DNA of 64,000 nt, taken from assembly GCA_964016885.1 (NCBI GenBank), contig OZ024756.1, forward strand, positions 36,022,001-36,086,000, given 5' to 3'. Numbering within the stretch: position 1 is the stretch's first letter; the number at the start of each line of letters is the position of its first letter. Below are positions 43,759 through 57,927 of this stretch, piece after piece. The stretch comes from Eledone cirrhosa (taxonomy: Eukaryota). The notes under the pieces are model-generated. The model made no database searches. It was not told the DNA's origin and saw only the letters and a list, made by a program, of their open reading frames with translations. Made by a program: the position numbers and the translations under genes.

Positions 43759-45454
43759 CATACATACTTTTGTACTCCATCTCTGTCTCTTGTCTTTATT
43801 TCCTCCATTTCCTGACCCCCCCCCCCCCCACATATATATACATGTGTGTGTGTGTGTGTGTGTGTATGGTTTACATATGTGCTTCCAGGTTTAAACGGAA
43901 GAGGAAGATATATATATATATATATATATGTTGTTTATTCTGGAGGTCTTTATTTAAAATATCACTGTTGCTGCTACCACCACAACAACACCTCCACCAC
44001 CACAACACCACCACAACACCACCACCACAACCACAACACCACCACAACACCACCACCACAACCACAACACCACCACTAACACCAACACCACCACCACAAC
44101 ACCACCACCACCACTAACACCAACACCACCACTAACACCAACACCACCACTAACACCACTAACACACAACCACAACACCACCTACACTCACTTCACCATA
44201 TAACTAACTATCCATAATAGGAAGTGTCTGTTATTGCTGTATTTAGGTTATAGGACACCCTGAGCCTAAGGTTGTGGGTTCAATTCCTGGACTGGAAAGT
44301 CTGTTGTATCCTTGAACAAGTTGCTGTTTTTCATGATAGAGCTGCGACCCCTATTGCTAAAACCCCTGAGAGACCTATGAGATGCAACCTTGCTTGAGGT
44401 CAGCTAAACCCAGACCTGTCACCCCCCCCCCCCCCTCTGATGGGAGAGATTTCCAATAGCCTTTGAGGTGGGTGAGAGAAGTCTTCTCTTGTGAAAATGG
44501 GTATAGCTTTCATTATGTAAAATCTCCCCATTTTGCCTCATTTCTCCCCGGTTTGGGGCACTTTTATTTCATGGAACTCCCCTCTTTGGGTTTTAGAGGT
44601 TGGCAGGTCTGTAAACCTGTAATGGTGTCAGCTGTAATCTTATTTTTTATTTTTGGTATTCCATATGGACTGACCATGTGATTTTGTCCCTTACAATCCC
44701 CCCCCCCCCCCCCCTCAAATCCCAATGTCATATTTTCCTTAGAATTTTGTTACCACGGCAATTAGTTCCTGAACTTGGTTTGATTGCCATGACTACATGT
44801 TACTTAGTGTGGTTTGATTACCATAGCGACATGTTTTTGAACTTGGTACTGTTACCATGGCTATACATGTTGCCTTGTTTACATGTTGCTACATGTTTTC
44901 ACAGTGGAGGTGGGTGTTCTGAAAAGGTGGCGGAGTTCAGAGTAATATGCAGTTGGTAAAACTTTGGTGAGCTATGGCTTCTCTTGGTAATAAAGTCTCT
45001 CTCTCTCTCTCTCTCTCTCAGAGTGGAGAACAGATTGTGTGATGTTTGAGTATAAATTGTAGCGAGATGTGGGCCTTGAATGATTTCCAAAGACTAAATA
45101 TGGATCCAAAGACTAATATGGATCCAAAGACTAAATATTTCCAAAGACTAAATATTTTCAATGCCTAAATATGGATCCAAAGACTAAATATGGATTTCCA
45201 AAGATTAAATATTTCCAATGCCTAAATATGGATCCAAAGACTAAATATGGATTTCCAATGACTAAATATGGATCCTTTTGTGACCGTATTTCTAATGAAA
45301 TCTATTTATAAATTTGAGCGACTTCCATCCGTCTGTCCTTCTGTCACACTATCTGTGTTTGTGGGAATGTATGTGTGTGTAAAAGGAAGGAAGGGAATGG
45401 CAAAAAACTATAGCAAAGCAGTGGCTGGCATTCCATGTCTGTGTTTGCACATTT

Positions 45455-45597
45455 ATAATAATAATAATAATAATAATAATTGTTTCTACTTTTGGCACAA
45501 GGCCAACAATTACCCAGTACATTACTGGTACTTTATTTTATCGACCATGTAAGGATGAAAGGCAAAGTTAACCTCGACAGGATTTGAACTCAGACCA
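45455..45597 (-). mobile_element. 5'-truncated family-A SINE
   Basis: Minus-strand core and (ATT)n tail. Confidence 0.85.
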
Positions 45598-45609
45598 ATA
45601 ATAATAATA

Positions 45610-45960
45610 ATGAAATTATTGTGTACAGTGCTCAGGTGCACTACAACTCATAAAAGGTACATGTATAGTACATAGAATAATGTACAAATGTCAGGAAAAT
45701 GAACAGTGTATGAGTTATGAAATACATGTGTGTATGTGTATGGAGGAGGGAATATCAGGTATAGTGTTGGCAAATCTCAGGAAGCATGGAGGTTTTAAAG
45801 GATGCAGTGTCTCGACAGCTAACAACTGATGCAGGGAGTTTGTTCCATGGAGGTTTTAAAGGATGCAGTGTCTCGACAGCTAACCACTGATGCAGGTTGT
45901 TTGTTCCACCATGCTTCAGCAACTCTGAACGTGAAAAAATGTTTCCGAAAGTCATGGGAG
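45610..45960 (-). mobile_element. CR1/L2-type LINE 3' end with internal tandem duplication
   Basis: Minus translation HDFRKHFFTFRVAEAW...WNKLPASVVSCRDTASFKTSM (CR1-group 'FFS.RV...WN.LP' motif); ~61-bp duplication at 45786-45905. Confidence 0.7.
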
Positions 45961-46455
45961 CTGTATATATAGATACTCATACATATGAATGTATGCATAT
46001 ACACATATACACATATGCGCCAGCATGTTGAAAACATCCTAGTACACTATATTTCATTTAACAGGCAAAGAGATTTACTAAAATAATTATTTCATTACTA
46101 AGACAGTAACTTAACATATGGTTCTTATAAAGAATATGTTGGAAGAGTTTAATTTAAATAGCAACCCTTTAAAATGGGGGGTTTTGTTTGATAGAGCCAG
46201 AGGCAATTTTGGCCAGGTTGGTATAAAAATGGTTGAAATCATGCCAATTGGGACCAGTCCTGGTCTCTCTCTCTCTCACACACACACACATATATACACA
46301 CACTGATACATAGACAAATACACGCATACATATAAATACACATACATGTATACACGCATGCACACACACACACACAGGCATATACACACTCACTCACACA
46401 TATATATATACATTCACACACACTCATACACACTTAAACACACACATATACACCC

Positions 46456-46505
<50 letters not shown>

Positions 46506-47070
46506 TCACTCACACTAAATAGTTATATAAATATATTGTCAGGTATTTTCACATATATTTTCTTTTGTGTGATTTTTCTGAATTGTTTTAATATTTCATT
46601 ATGTCGACTAATTGTGGTATCTCAGAATATATTCGACATTATTGTTAACTATTAATATATATATTGAGTACTTTATGGTCATATGACTCAGATTAGCACT
46701 CCATACCCTCACCACCTCCCCCGCTCCGGAATGTGTTATATTTAACACTTATTGTATGTTTAATGTTTGGGGTGTGTGTGTGTGTATCTGTGTGTGTGTT
46801 TGTGTGTGTATCTCTGTGTGTGTGTTTGTGTGTGTATTCATTATTCTCTTTGAGTGAATAGACATGTGAATTAATGGCAGGAGGTCTTGTGTGTGTGAGT
46901 GTGAGTGTGAGTGTGAGTGTGTGTGTGTGTGTGCTGGCCCTCGTGTGAGTGTGAGTGTGAATGTGTGTGTGCTGGCCCTCGTGTGAGTGTGTGTGTGTGT
47001 GTGTGTGTGCTGGCCCTCCGATAACATGTTTCAGTTGTTTGAATGAGGGACAGCTTGCTCGTGATATTAA

Positions 47071-47289
47071 CCCTTTAGCATTTAAACCGGCCATATCCGG
47101 CCAGAATTCTCTCACCTCTTTCTGTTCAAACTGACCGTAATTGGCCACTCATACTGATGTTAAGGTGTTGTTCTCAAAATAAATAATATCAAAATTTCAT
47201 AGATTTGATATCATGTGAGATAATTATGTAAGTAAAGGCTTTACTGAGAAAATACAATAGTAAATATAGAGTAATGTAATGGTAAAGGG
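47071..47289. mobile_element. piggyBac-type MITE
   Basis: TTAA|CCCTTTAGCATTT...AATGGTAAAGGG|TTAA. Confidence 0.8.
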
Positions 47290-48574
47290 TTAAGGTACAA
47301 GTAGCCGAACAGACTTGTGTACACTTAATGTAGGTCTTAGGGAGATTCAGCATGGACATGTATGATTATGTCCAGATAAGAACAAATGGTGGGTAATCAG
47401 TGGTGTACCTGGATTTCCTCACACCTGGCTGGCAAGATGTCACTGACCCTGGAACTGTTTCAACACAGAACAACTGGTTGCCATAAACTATTTCACTTCA
47501 GTTATCATATAATTTCTTAGTTCTGACCACAACCAACACTACCACCACTAACACTACTACCAACACTACCACTACTACCACCACTAACACTACTACCAAC
47601 ACTACCACTACTAACACTACCACCACTAACACTACCACCACCAACACTACTACCACTAACACTACCACCACCAACACTACTACCACCAACACTACCACCA
47701 CTAACACCAACACTACTACCACAAACACTACTACCACCACTAACACTACCACCACCAACAACACTACCCTACCAACACTACCACCACTACTACCACAATC
47801 AACACTACCACTTCCACCACCAACACTACTACCACTAGTACTACAATCAACACTACCACTTCCATCACCAACACTACCACCACTACTACCACTACCACCA
47901 ATACTACCACCACTAACACTACTAACACTAACACCACTACCACCAATACTACCACCACTAACACTACCACACCAACACTACCACCTCTACTACTACAATC
48001 AACACTACCACTTCCATCACCAACACTACCACCACTAACACCAACACTACTACCACCAACACTACAAACACTACCACTACTAACACCATTGGAGATACCA
48101 GTGGTGTAATGAGGAATAATTCAGTCTACTTTCAGCATCTATCTCTCATTGGAGGTACCAGTTGTATATTGGGGTAGAATCAGTCTACTTTCAACACCTC
48201 TCTATCTTTCAAGGTACCAGTGGTATATTGAGGTGTGATTCAGTCTACTCTGCCATTTTCACCAAAATGTGTGCCTTTTAAAAATATCACCACCATCACT
48301 ATCATCATAAGAACCATAGTATATCTCCTTTACCTACACCTGCCAACAAAACCACCACCACCACCACACTCATTCACCTACACCTGCCAACAAATCTAAC
48401 TGCCTCCACCACCACCACCACCATTACCACCATCACCATCACCACACTATTAAAGGTTTAGTGAGAGACAAATGTGTTTATTGCTGGAAGGAAGAGGGCA
48501 GCAGGGCAGTGATTACCAAATATTTAGAAACTTGGCAGAATGTCTGACAATATTCTTGTTGGTGATATAAACTT

Positions 48575-49397
48575 GGGTTTCTACAGCTATAGTATATAGG
48601 GTACACATATAGTGTTGGTATTTTACAACTATAGTATATAGGGTATACATATAGTGTTGTTTTTTTACAGCTATAGTATATAGTGTTGGTATGTTACAAC
48701 TATAGTATACAGGGTACACACAGTGTTGGTTTCTACAGCTATAGTATATAGGGTACACATATAGTGTTGGTATTTTACACCTATAGTATACAGGGTACAC
48801 ACAGTGTTGGTTTCTACAGCTATAGTATATAGGGTACACATATAGTGTTGGTATTTTACAACTATAGTATACAGGGTACACACAGTGTTGGTTTCTACAA
48901 CTATAGTATATAGGGTACACATATAGTGTTGGTATGTTACAACTATAGTATACAGAGTACACACAGTGTTGGTTTCTACAGCTATAGTATATAGGGTACA
49001 CATATAGTGTTGGTATGTTACAACTATAGTATACAGAGTACACACAGTGTTGGTTTCTACAGCTATAGTATATAGGGTACACATATAGTGTTGGTATGTT
49101 ACAACTATAGTATACAGAGTACACACAGTGTTGGTTTCTACAGCTATAGTATATAGGGTACACATATAGTGTTGGTATGTTACAACTATAGTATACAGAG
49201 TACACACAGTGTTGGTTTCTACAGCTATAGTATATAGGGTACACATATAGTGTTGGTATTTTACAACTATAGTATACAGGGTACACAGTGTTGGTTTCTA
49301 CAGCTATAGTATATAGGGTACACATTTAGTGTTGGTATTTTATACCTATAGTATACAGGGTACACACAGTGTTGGTTTCTACAGCTATAGTATATAG
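48575..49397. repeat. 81-bp dimeric (42+39) minisatellite, about 10 units
   Basis: CTATAGTATATAGGGTACACATATAGTGTTGGT... with a 27-codon period. Confidence 0.9.
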
Positions 49398-51881
49398 GTT
49401 TGACATATATACATGTTTTTCTGCAGCCAGGTAACTAATCCCAGGTGTGACATTGTTATTAACTTAACATTATAACACAGATATTATAATGTATAACACC
49501 TGGTGAACACTCACAGCTGTTATGTTGTATTAATTTACCTGGTGAACACTCACAGGTGTTATGTTGTATTAACTTACCTGGTGAACACTCACACATGTTA
49601 TGTTGTATTAACTTACCTGGTGAACAGTCACAGGTATTACATTGTTAACAGGTGAACAATCACAGCTGTGACAGTAACTAGACACAGGATTTTGTTGTTA
49701 ATACTCAGTGACTCCATCGATTTTAGTGTGTGGGTGGTGTGTGGTAATGGTGAGGTGGTGATGGTGATGGAGTTGGGTGTAGTAGCAGTAGTAGTAGTGG
49801 TAATAGTAGAGATGGATGCAGTGATGTTGAGGATAATAATGGTGGTGCTGATGGCAGCAGCATCAGTAGTGGTGGTGGTGGTGGTGGTGGTGGTAGTGAC
49901 TAAATTCTGTTAATGTCATCAGGTCATTGTTGTTGTATTGCGGTGGTGGTGGTGATGATGGTGGTGATGACAGTGGTGGTGATGATGGTGGTGGTGATGA
50001 TGATGATAATGGTAGTAATGTTGGCAGTGGATATGATAGTGAAGATGATGATGATAATCTTGATATGATAGTGAAGATGATGGTGATAATGTTGGTGATA
50101 ATGATGATGATGATGGTGATAATGATGGTGATGATGATGATGGTGATGGTGGTGATAATGATGGTGATGATGGTGATAATGATGGTGATGATGGTGATGA
50201 TGATGGTGATGATGGTGATGATGATGGTGATGATGATGGTGATGATGATGGTGGTGGTGGTGGTGGTGATGATGATGGTGGTGATAATGATGATGATGAT
50301 GATGATGATGATGATGGTGGTGGTGATAATGATGATGATGGTGGTGATAATGATGATAATGTGCAGCACTGAACACTGTCTGAAATTTTTAAATATCAAT
50401 AATCTGAAATGCTGAATTATTGATGACGTATAAATATAATGTTCATTGATTGCCTCTAACAGAATTGTTATCAAATTCTTATTCCAAGTTTCGCATTGAC
50501 GCTATCAACAAGCAATATAATTATTCCGTCTCTACCAAACTGTATTGAGTACTCTCTTGCTTGATTCTGTATATGTTTTTTGCTTTTTGTGTGTGTGTGT
50601 GTGTGTGTAAATATATATCTATATATATATATGTGTGTGTGTGTGTGTGCGTGCACGCGTATATATATGTGTGTGTGCGCGTATATATATGTGTGTGTGT
50701 ATGTATATACGTGAGTGTATGTATATGTGTATCTCTATGTATGTGTATATATAGTGGTATGGTATAGTACTCATATTTATGTAGTGTAGTGTAGTGTAGT
50801 GTAGTGTGGTTTGGTTTGGTATAGCAAAGTGTGGTGTGGTGTGGTGTGGTGTATGGTATTGTGTGATGTGGTGTGATGTGATATGGTGTTGTGTAGTGTG
50901 GTGTAGTTTGGTATGGCATTGGGTGATACGGTGTGGTGTGGCATGGCACTTTACTGTGATACACCAAGGACATTGTGACCATATGATCACTGTTATAGTC
51001 AGTGTATGCTGAAGCCCTTTTCCCCTGGAAATCCTGTTGTGAAATATTGAAGACATGATGAGAATATAATACCAATAAGTAGGGTGGACCTTTTTTCAGA
51101 GATTGTATTGGTGAATTTGGGGAACATATAATCCCTATAAAAGGTATGGTGTGCTATGGTGTGGCTATTTGCTAGGGATCTAATTATAGAATATTTAGGA
51201 CATTGTGACAATATTGTCCCAGTGAATGGTAAGGTGTGTGGTGTTGTGTGTTGTGGTCCTTTTCCAGGGAACCTGTGAGATAATGGGGTCATGGTAATAA
51301 CATAGGTCTAGGGAAATACAAGGTGTGCTGTGACCCTTTGCTAGAGACCATGTTGTGAGATATTAGGGACATGGTGACAGTGTAGTCTTAGCGAAAGGTA
51401 GGGTGGGTCAGAAGTCGACTGGGCCTTAAAACTAGACCAGGCATTCAGGTGACACTGACTGGTAGACTGCTGAAGGTCAGGTGTGTTGTTTTCACTGCTC
51501 AGCTAAGGTGACACTAACTGCTGAGGGCCTGAGGTGTGTTTTCATTGCTCAGCTAATGTGACACTAACATGCTGTTGAGGTCCAAGGGTATGTTCTCACT
51601 GCTAAGTTAAGACATGTTCCATTTTCATTCAATCTTTGTGAAGTGGCTATGCTTTCAGTTGGTTTTTTTGCAACATTTTTTCATGTTTTTTTTTTATTTA
51701 TTTTGTTTTTTTAACCACTCCAGCAGCCTCTGGGTTTGGTCCAAATATCCATATAATCAGTGTGACTCTGGGATGGGCTCTGTTGTAGCATTTTGTTAGA
51801 CATCCTGTTATAAGATAATGTGTATCATGTGTGTTTATCAGATCTGCTTATTAATCTAAATCTATTTCCATTGTTTTCCAG

Positions 51882-51966
51882 TCTCTCTGATGGATCGACC
51901 CGGTTTCCAAAACTAGAAGAATGTGCTCACTTCCATTATGACTTCGTTGAACTGGGTCAACTGCAG
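51882..51966 (+). CDS. ARHGAP32: Exon of ARHGAP32/33 (RICS/TCGAP; insect CdGAPr)-like Rho GTPase-activating protein
   Basis: (S)LSDGSTRFPKLEECAHFHYDFVELGQLQ matches the conserved FPKL.ECAHFHY...G motif N-terminal to the PX domain of ARHGAP32/33. Acceptor TTTTCCAG, donor CAG|GTAGTT, phase 2 to phase 0. Symbol denotes the family, not strict orthology. Confidence 0.9.
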
Positions 51967-52742
51967 GTAGTTACATTGTTACATCTATACACCTGTTGTA
52001 TTGTGTCTTATGTTTTATACTATATACCATAACAGTGTGAAATTTATATAACTACTAGTGGTGTTATATTATACATCTTCATCACCATTCAATCTCTATT
52101 GTCCATGCTTGCATGGATCAGACATGTTGTCAAGCTAGTGGGGTCAGATGTCCACAGCTTACTCATACAGATCTGTTTTGGGTTCGGTTTTTTCCAGCTG
52201 GATGTTCTATCTAATGTCAACCACATTACAACATGTACTGGTGCCATAACCATTTAGTAACATCTAATATAATTCACTATGTACACAGTTATATAGTATG
52301 CATGATCTATACCTCTTATAGTACACTATATACACCATACACCATCTATACACTGCTATATATCATCATATATCATATAGTCCTTTATATATTCTACTAT
52401 ATACTATATATATTCTACTATATATACTATATATATTCTACTATATATTATATATATTCTACTATATATTATATATACTCTACTATATACTATATATACT
52501 CTACTATATACTATATATAGTCTACTATATACTATATATAGTCTACTATATACTATATATACTCTACTATATACTATATATACTCTACTATATACTGTGT
52601 ACCATTTATACACTATTATACATCATGGAATTGACCTACATCAGTTTTGAAGGTGAGTATTCCAGTTGTTTGATCAATAGAACAACCTGCTTGTGAAATT
52701 AATGTGTAAGTGTCTGAGCATTCCAGGCATGTGTGCCCTCAA

Positions 52743-52951
52743 CCCATTACCATTTACATTACTCTATATATACTATTATATTTTCACGGTAAAGACTTTA
52801 TCTCACATAATATCGAATCTATGAGATTTTAATATTATTTATTTTGAGAACAATACCTTAACATCGGTATGAGCAGCCAGTTATGGCTGGTTTGAACATA
52901 AAAGGGTGAGAAAATTCTGGCCTGATAACGGCCAGTTTAAATGCTAAAGGG
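52743..52951. mobile_element. piggyBac-type MITE (same family as 47071-47289, opposite orientation)
   Basis: TCAA|CCCATTACCATTT...AAATGCTAAAGGG|TTAA; internal homology to the other copies. Confidence 0.75.
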
Positions 52952-53260
52952 TTAATGTAATTCTTGAGGTGATTCAATGTGACAAGGCTAACCCTTTAAA
53001 TTCAGGTGCAGTCCATCCAATGGGTTTCCAAACAGATTTTGTTTACCCTGTCCCACTCACAAGGTATGGGTTAACCTGGGGCCAATACAAGGTTCTGGGT
53101 TAAAATCCTGCTAGGATTGGTAAAAACCTTGTTCATACTAGACCAGATGTCTTAACACATTTCTAATGAAAGACACTGTTTATAATTTTCAAATAATTTT
53201 GAAAATAATCAAGAATTTGAAAAGGGTTTAGTAATATATAACTAGTTCTTTCATTATCAA

Positions 53261-53485
53261 CCCTTTACCATTTACATTACTCTACATATACCATTGTATT
53301 TTCACAGGAAAGGCTTTATTTTACATAATTATCTCGCATATCGAATCTATGAAATTTTGATATTATTTATTTTGAAAACTATACCTTAACATAAGTATGA
53401 GCAGCCGGTTATGGCTGGTTTGAACAGAAAAAGGTGAGAGAATTGTGGCCGGATACCGGATATCACAGGTTTAAATGCTGAAGGG
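53261..53485. mobile_element. piggyBac-type MITE, third copy
   Basis: TCAA|CCCTTTACCATTT...AAATGCTGAAGGG|TTAA. Confidence 0.75.
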
Positions 53486-53530
53486 TTAAGGTGGAGTTTG
53501 AAACATAACTTTAAAAGATTCTTACATAAA

Positions 53531-53682
53531 ATAATAATTGTTTCTACTTTTGGCACAAGGCCAGCAATCACCCAGTACATGACTGGTACTTTATTTTATC
53601 GACCCCGTAAGGATGAAATGCAAAGTTAACCTCGGCGGGATTTGAACTCAGAATGGAAAGGGCCGTAACTCTATGCGTCAAA
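53531..53682 (-). mobile_element. 5'-truncated family-A SINE
   Basis: Minus-strand core and tail. Confidence 0.85.
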
Positions 53683-54079
53683 ATGATAATGGGAGGATTT
53701 TAGATAAATATAAACACTTTAAAACCAACAGTTTGTGCCTTAGAACCAGCGACAGTTTCAGGTAATTTGATAAGAATTAAGGTCCTTCCTTTGTATTTAA
53801 CTCATTCCCTACTAAGACCCCCCCTCCCCTTCCTTCCCAATATCATTTCTGACTCATTGTTTACCTCCCTTTCTCCCACACTCCTTTGCCTCCTCCTCCT
53901 CTACATTGTTCAGCAGCAGCAGCCACTGTTGTTGGTCTTGTCCCTTACTCCCCCCCCCTCCAAGTTAGTCCACCCCCACCCCACACACACCCTTTCACCT
54001 ACGTGTTGCCCCCCCCCCTCTATACAAGGTCCTGAGACAGTTTTGGATCAATATAACCACACACACCCCTCCCAAAATA

Positions 54080-56150
54080 TTATAGTGTGTGTGATGTGGT
54101 GGTGTGGTGGTGGTGTGGTGGTGGTAGTGGTTGTGGTATGGTGGTGGTCGTGGTGTGGTGGTGCTGGTGGTAGTGGTGGTGTGGTGGTGGTAGTGGTTGT
54201 TGTGGTTGTGGTATGGTGGTGGTCGTGGTGGTAGTGGTGGTGTGGTGGTGTGGTGGTGTGGTGGTGGCCTGGTGGTGGTAGTGGTTGTGGTATGGTGGTC
54301 GTGGTGTGGTGGTGCGGTGGTGCTGGTGGTTGTGGTATGGTGGTGGTCGTGGTGGTTGTGGTGGTGTGGTGTGGTGGTTGTGGTGGTATGGTGGTGGCTG
54401 TGGTGGTATGGTGGTGGTGGTGTGAGTGGTGTTGTGGCTAGTGCTGGTTGTGGAGGTGTGGCTGGTAGCGTGGGTGGTGGTGTAGCTGGTAATCTACTGT
54501 CACTCAGTCCACACACACAAGCACCACCATCATACTACCTCCACTACACTACCACCAACACCAAACTTCTACCACTAATACTACACTATCATAACACAAT
54601 GCTACCACCACTATTCTCATACTACCTTTACCACCACCACCATATTGATCTCTTCAATGTCACACTCACACTCTCACTCACTCACTCACTCACACTCACA
54701 CTCACACACTCACTCACTCACTCACTCACTCACTCACTCACTCACTCACTCACTCACTCACTCACTCACTCACTCACTCACTCACTCACTCACTCACACT
54801 CACTCACACATACACTCACACACACACACACTCACACACACACACACACACTCACATTCACACACTCTCTCACACACACACACACACACACACTCACATA
54901 CACACAGAGGTGGTAATTTGTTGCTGTTATGAAATGTTTTAGAAATGTGATTGACTAATTGTGAGGTGGTGGTGGTGGTGGTGGTGGTTGTAGTGGCAGT
55001 GGTGGTGGCGGCGGTGGTGGTGGCGTCACTATTGACACCATCTCACCACCACCACCACTGTCTCTATCACAGCCACCACCACCACCACCACCATTGTCTC
55101 TAGCACAGCCACCACCACCACCACCACTGTCTCTAGCACAGCCACCACCACCACCACCACCACTGTCTCTAGCACAGCCACCACCACCACCACCACCATC
55201 GTCTCTAGCACAATCACCATTACCACCACCACCACCACCACCACCACCACCTCTATCACAGCCACCATTACCACCATTGTCTTTGGTATCACCATTACAT
55301 TGTGGTGACATGTGATGCTGCCATCACTACCATCTTTGAATACCATTGCCACTATTACCACCATCTCTCAATGCCACCACCACCACCACCACCACCATCT
55401 CTCAATACCATTGCCACCACCACCACCACCACATCTCTCAATACCATTGCCACCGCCACCACCATCTTTCAATGCCATTGCCAGATCTAATGTTGTTCCA
55501 TCTCCTACCACCACCACTACTGCTACTGCTACTACAGAAATCAATATTGGTAGAATTTCCATCTTTTCTCCATGTCTGCGAGATAATGTTTAGTAGGTGG
55601 TGGTGGTGGTTGTGGTAATGGTAATGGTGGTGGTGGTGGTGTTGATGATGGTTGTGATTGTGGGGGGGGGGGGTCATGGGGGTTGTGATTGTAGTGGTTG
55701 TTGGTGGTGGTGGTGATTGTGGTGGTGGTGGTGGTGGTGATGATGATTGTACTGGTGGTGGTGGTGATGATGATGGTAGTGGTGGTGGTGGTGATGATGG
55801 TAGTGGTTGTGGTGATGATGATGGTAGTGGTGGTGGTGGTGGTGATGATGGTAGTGGTGGTGGTGGTGATGATGGTAGTGGTTGTGGTGATGATGATGGT
55901 GGTGGTGGTGGTGATGATGATGGTGGTAGTGGTTGTGGTGGTGATGATGGTAGTGGTTGTGGTGATGATGATGGTAGTGGTGGTGGTGGTGGTGATGATG
56001 GTAGTGGTGGTGGTGGTGATGATGGTAGTGGTTGTGATGATGATGGTGGTGGTGGTGATGATGATGATGATGGTAGTGGTTGTGGTGGTGATGATGGTAG
56101 TGGTGGTGGTGGTGGTGATGATGGTAGTGGTGGTGGTGTGTATGGAGTGG
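54080..56150. repeat. Mosaic of (GGT)n/(CAC)n/(ACTC)n/(GAT)n low-complexity repeats
   Basis: Directly visible. Confidence 0.9.
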
Positions 56151-56201
56151 TGTGAAGAATTGTCTACTGAGTTGTCTGTATTGGCATTGCTCCTCTCTCC
56201 A

Positions 56202-56232
<31 letters not shown>

Positions 56233-56339
56233 TTACCTATCTCTCCCCTCCCTCCTTCTGTCTTCTCTTTTCGGTACACAATCAGTCTTTCTATTCCTAT
56301 CTATCTATTTCTATCTCCCACTTCCCCTCTCTACATGCC

Positions 56340-56453
56340 CACACACACAGACACTGAGGAGAATCAGTCAGCCAGCCACTGAAGCTAGCTGCACATTGTC
56401 TGTTGCACTACTGCGTCACACCAATATACACAGCACATATCTCTCTCCCACCC

Positions 56454-56484
<31 letters not shown>

Positions 56485-56505
56485 TCAATACCGGACTTTG
56501 GTGCC
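56340..56505 (+). promoter_or_regulatory. Candidate internal promoter / 5' UTR
   Basis: CRE-like TGCGTCA (56412-56418) next to CCAAT (56421-56425), flanked by CT tracts, just upstream of a Kozak-like GTGCCATG. Confidence 0.4.
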
Positions 56506-56568
56506 ATGCAACACATTTCTTACCGGACTACATATCCATGGTTCTACCGGGACCAATCTGGTTTTAAG
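56506..56568 (+). CDS. Candidate alternative first coding exon (MQHISYRTTYPWFYRDQSGFK) of the RhoGAP gene
   Basis: GCCATG start, 21 open codons, AAG|GTAAAT donor in phase 0, same phase as the donor at 51966. Confidence 0.55.
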
Positions 56569-56701
56569 GTAAATTAATTATTATAGAATTTGTGTTGAAA
56601 ATATCTTCACCTATAATATGCTACAACAAAAACACTGAATTTCTATCAACAATTATCTTCTAAGAAGTCACCTCTGTTATGGTTCAGTGAAATTCTGTCA
56701 A

Positions 56702-56745
<44 letters not shown>

Positions 56746-56908
56746 CTTTCACACCCACATTATCATTCATTCTATTAAAAATCACCATTATAATCAATTT
56801 TCTGTCTCATCTGCACTATACTTCATCAAACACCGAATTCGAATTCGTATCAACATCAGCTTCTAAGAAGTCACCTATGTTAAGTTATGCTTGAGTGAAA
56901 TTCTGTCA

Positions 56909-56970
<62 letters not shown>

Positions 56971-57110
56971 AATCTTTCTCTATATGTTTGGCCAGCTCTC
57001 TCTCATTATTATTCTATATAAAATCACAATTAGTGTTTCCAAAACTTGGTTTTAAGGAACTTTGGTGTTCCTTGAAAAATTCTAATAAAATTTAATAAAT
57101 AATGTGTTAT

Positions 57111-57191
<81 letters not shown>

Positions 57192-57343
57192 GTGTTGATG
57201 ATGATATATATGTATGAACATATGAAGGACTACCGTCCGACACATTAAGACTCCTTTCCTACTATATCAAGCGTTAAACTAATGTATATCTTCATTGTAT
57301 TGTTTGTTTCTTTTGTTGTTTTCCATTTACTTTTCGCATATGA

Positions 57344-57400
<57 letters not shown>

Positions 57401-57627
57401 TATATGAATTCTTACTCTAAAACAAATTCTGTTTCGTTTAATGCCTGTAAAATATGGGGGTGGATTTTGTAAAACCAAATAGGGAATTATGGGACAAAAA
57501 ACATATATATATGTATGTGTTGTGTGTGTGTATGTATGGCTGTATAAATGTATGCATATATGATATACATACATATATGTATATACACATATATATATAT
57601 ATACACATTTATATATATATGTATGTG

Positions 57628-57689
<62 letters not shown>

Positions 57690-57729
57690 TAATATATAAG
57701 AACAAAAGATGGTTAAAAGAGTTCCATGT

Positions 57730-57798
57730 ATTTTATTATGCGCATTTCAAAAACAAATATCATCATGCAATAATATTTGTGTTTTCATCAGATAAAAT
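57730..57798 (-). ncRNA. Intact minimal type-I hammerhead ribozyme
   Basis: Minus strand: ATTTTAT-CTGATGA-AAACACAAATATTATT(GCAT)GATGATATTTGTTTTT-GAAA-TGCGCA-TA|-ATAAAAT; perfect stem I, canonical core, palindromic stem III ATGCGCAT. Confidence 0.85.
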
Positions 57799-57927
57799 AG
57801 GAAGACATGATATGAAGGTTAAAAAATACTTGTGGATAGTGCAGATATGTTGATTTAAAACTGCACTATCCACAAGTGTTTTTTAACCTTCATATCATGT
57901 CTTCCTATTTTATCTGATGAAAACACA

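Noticed and set aside
51820-52032. 70-aa ORF as a standalone gene
   Set aside because: Only 51882-51966 is bounded by splice sites and homologous; the rest is intron read-through.
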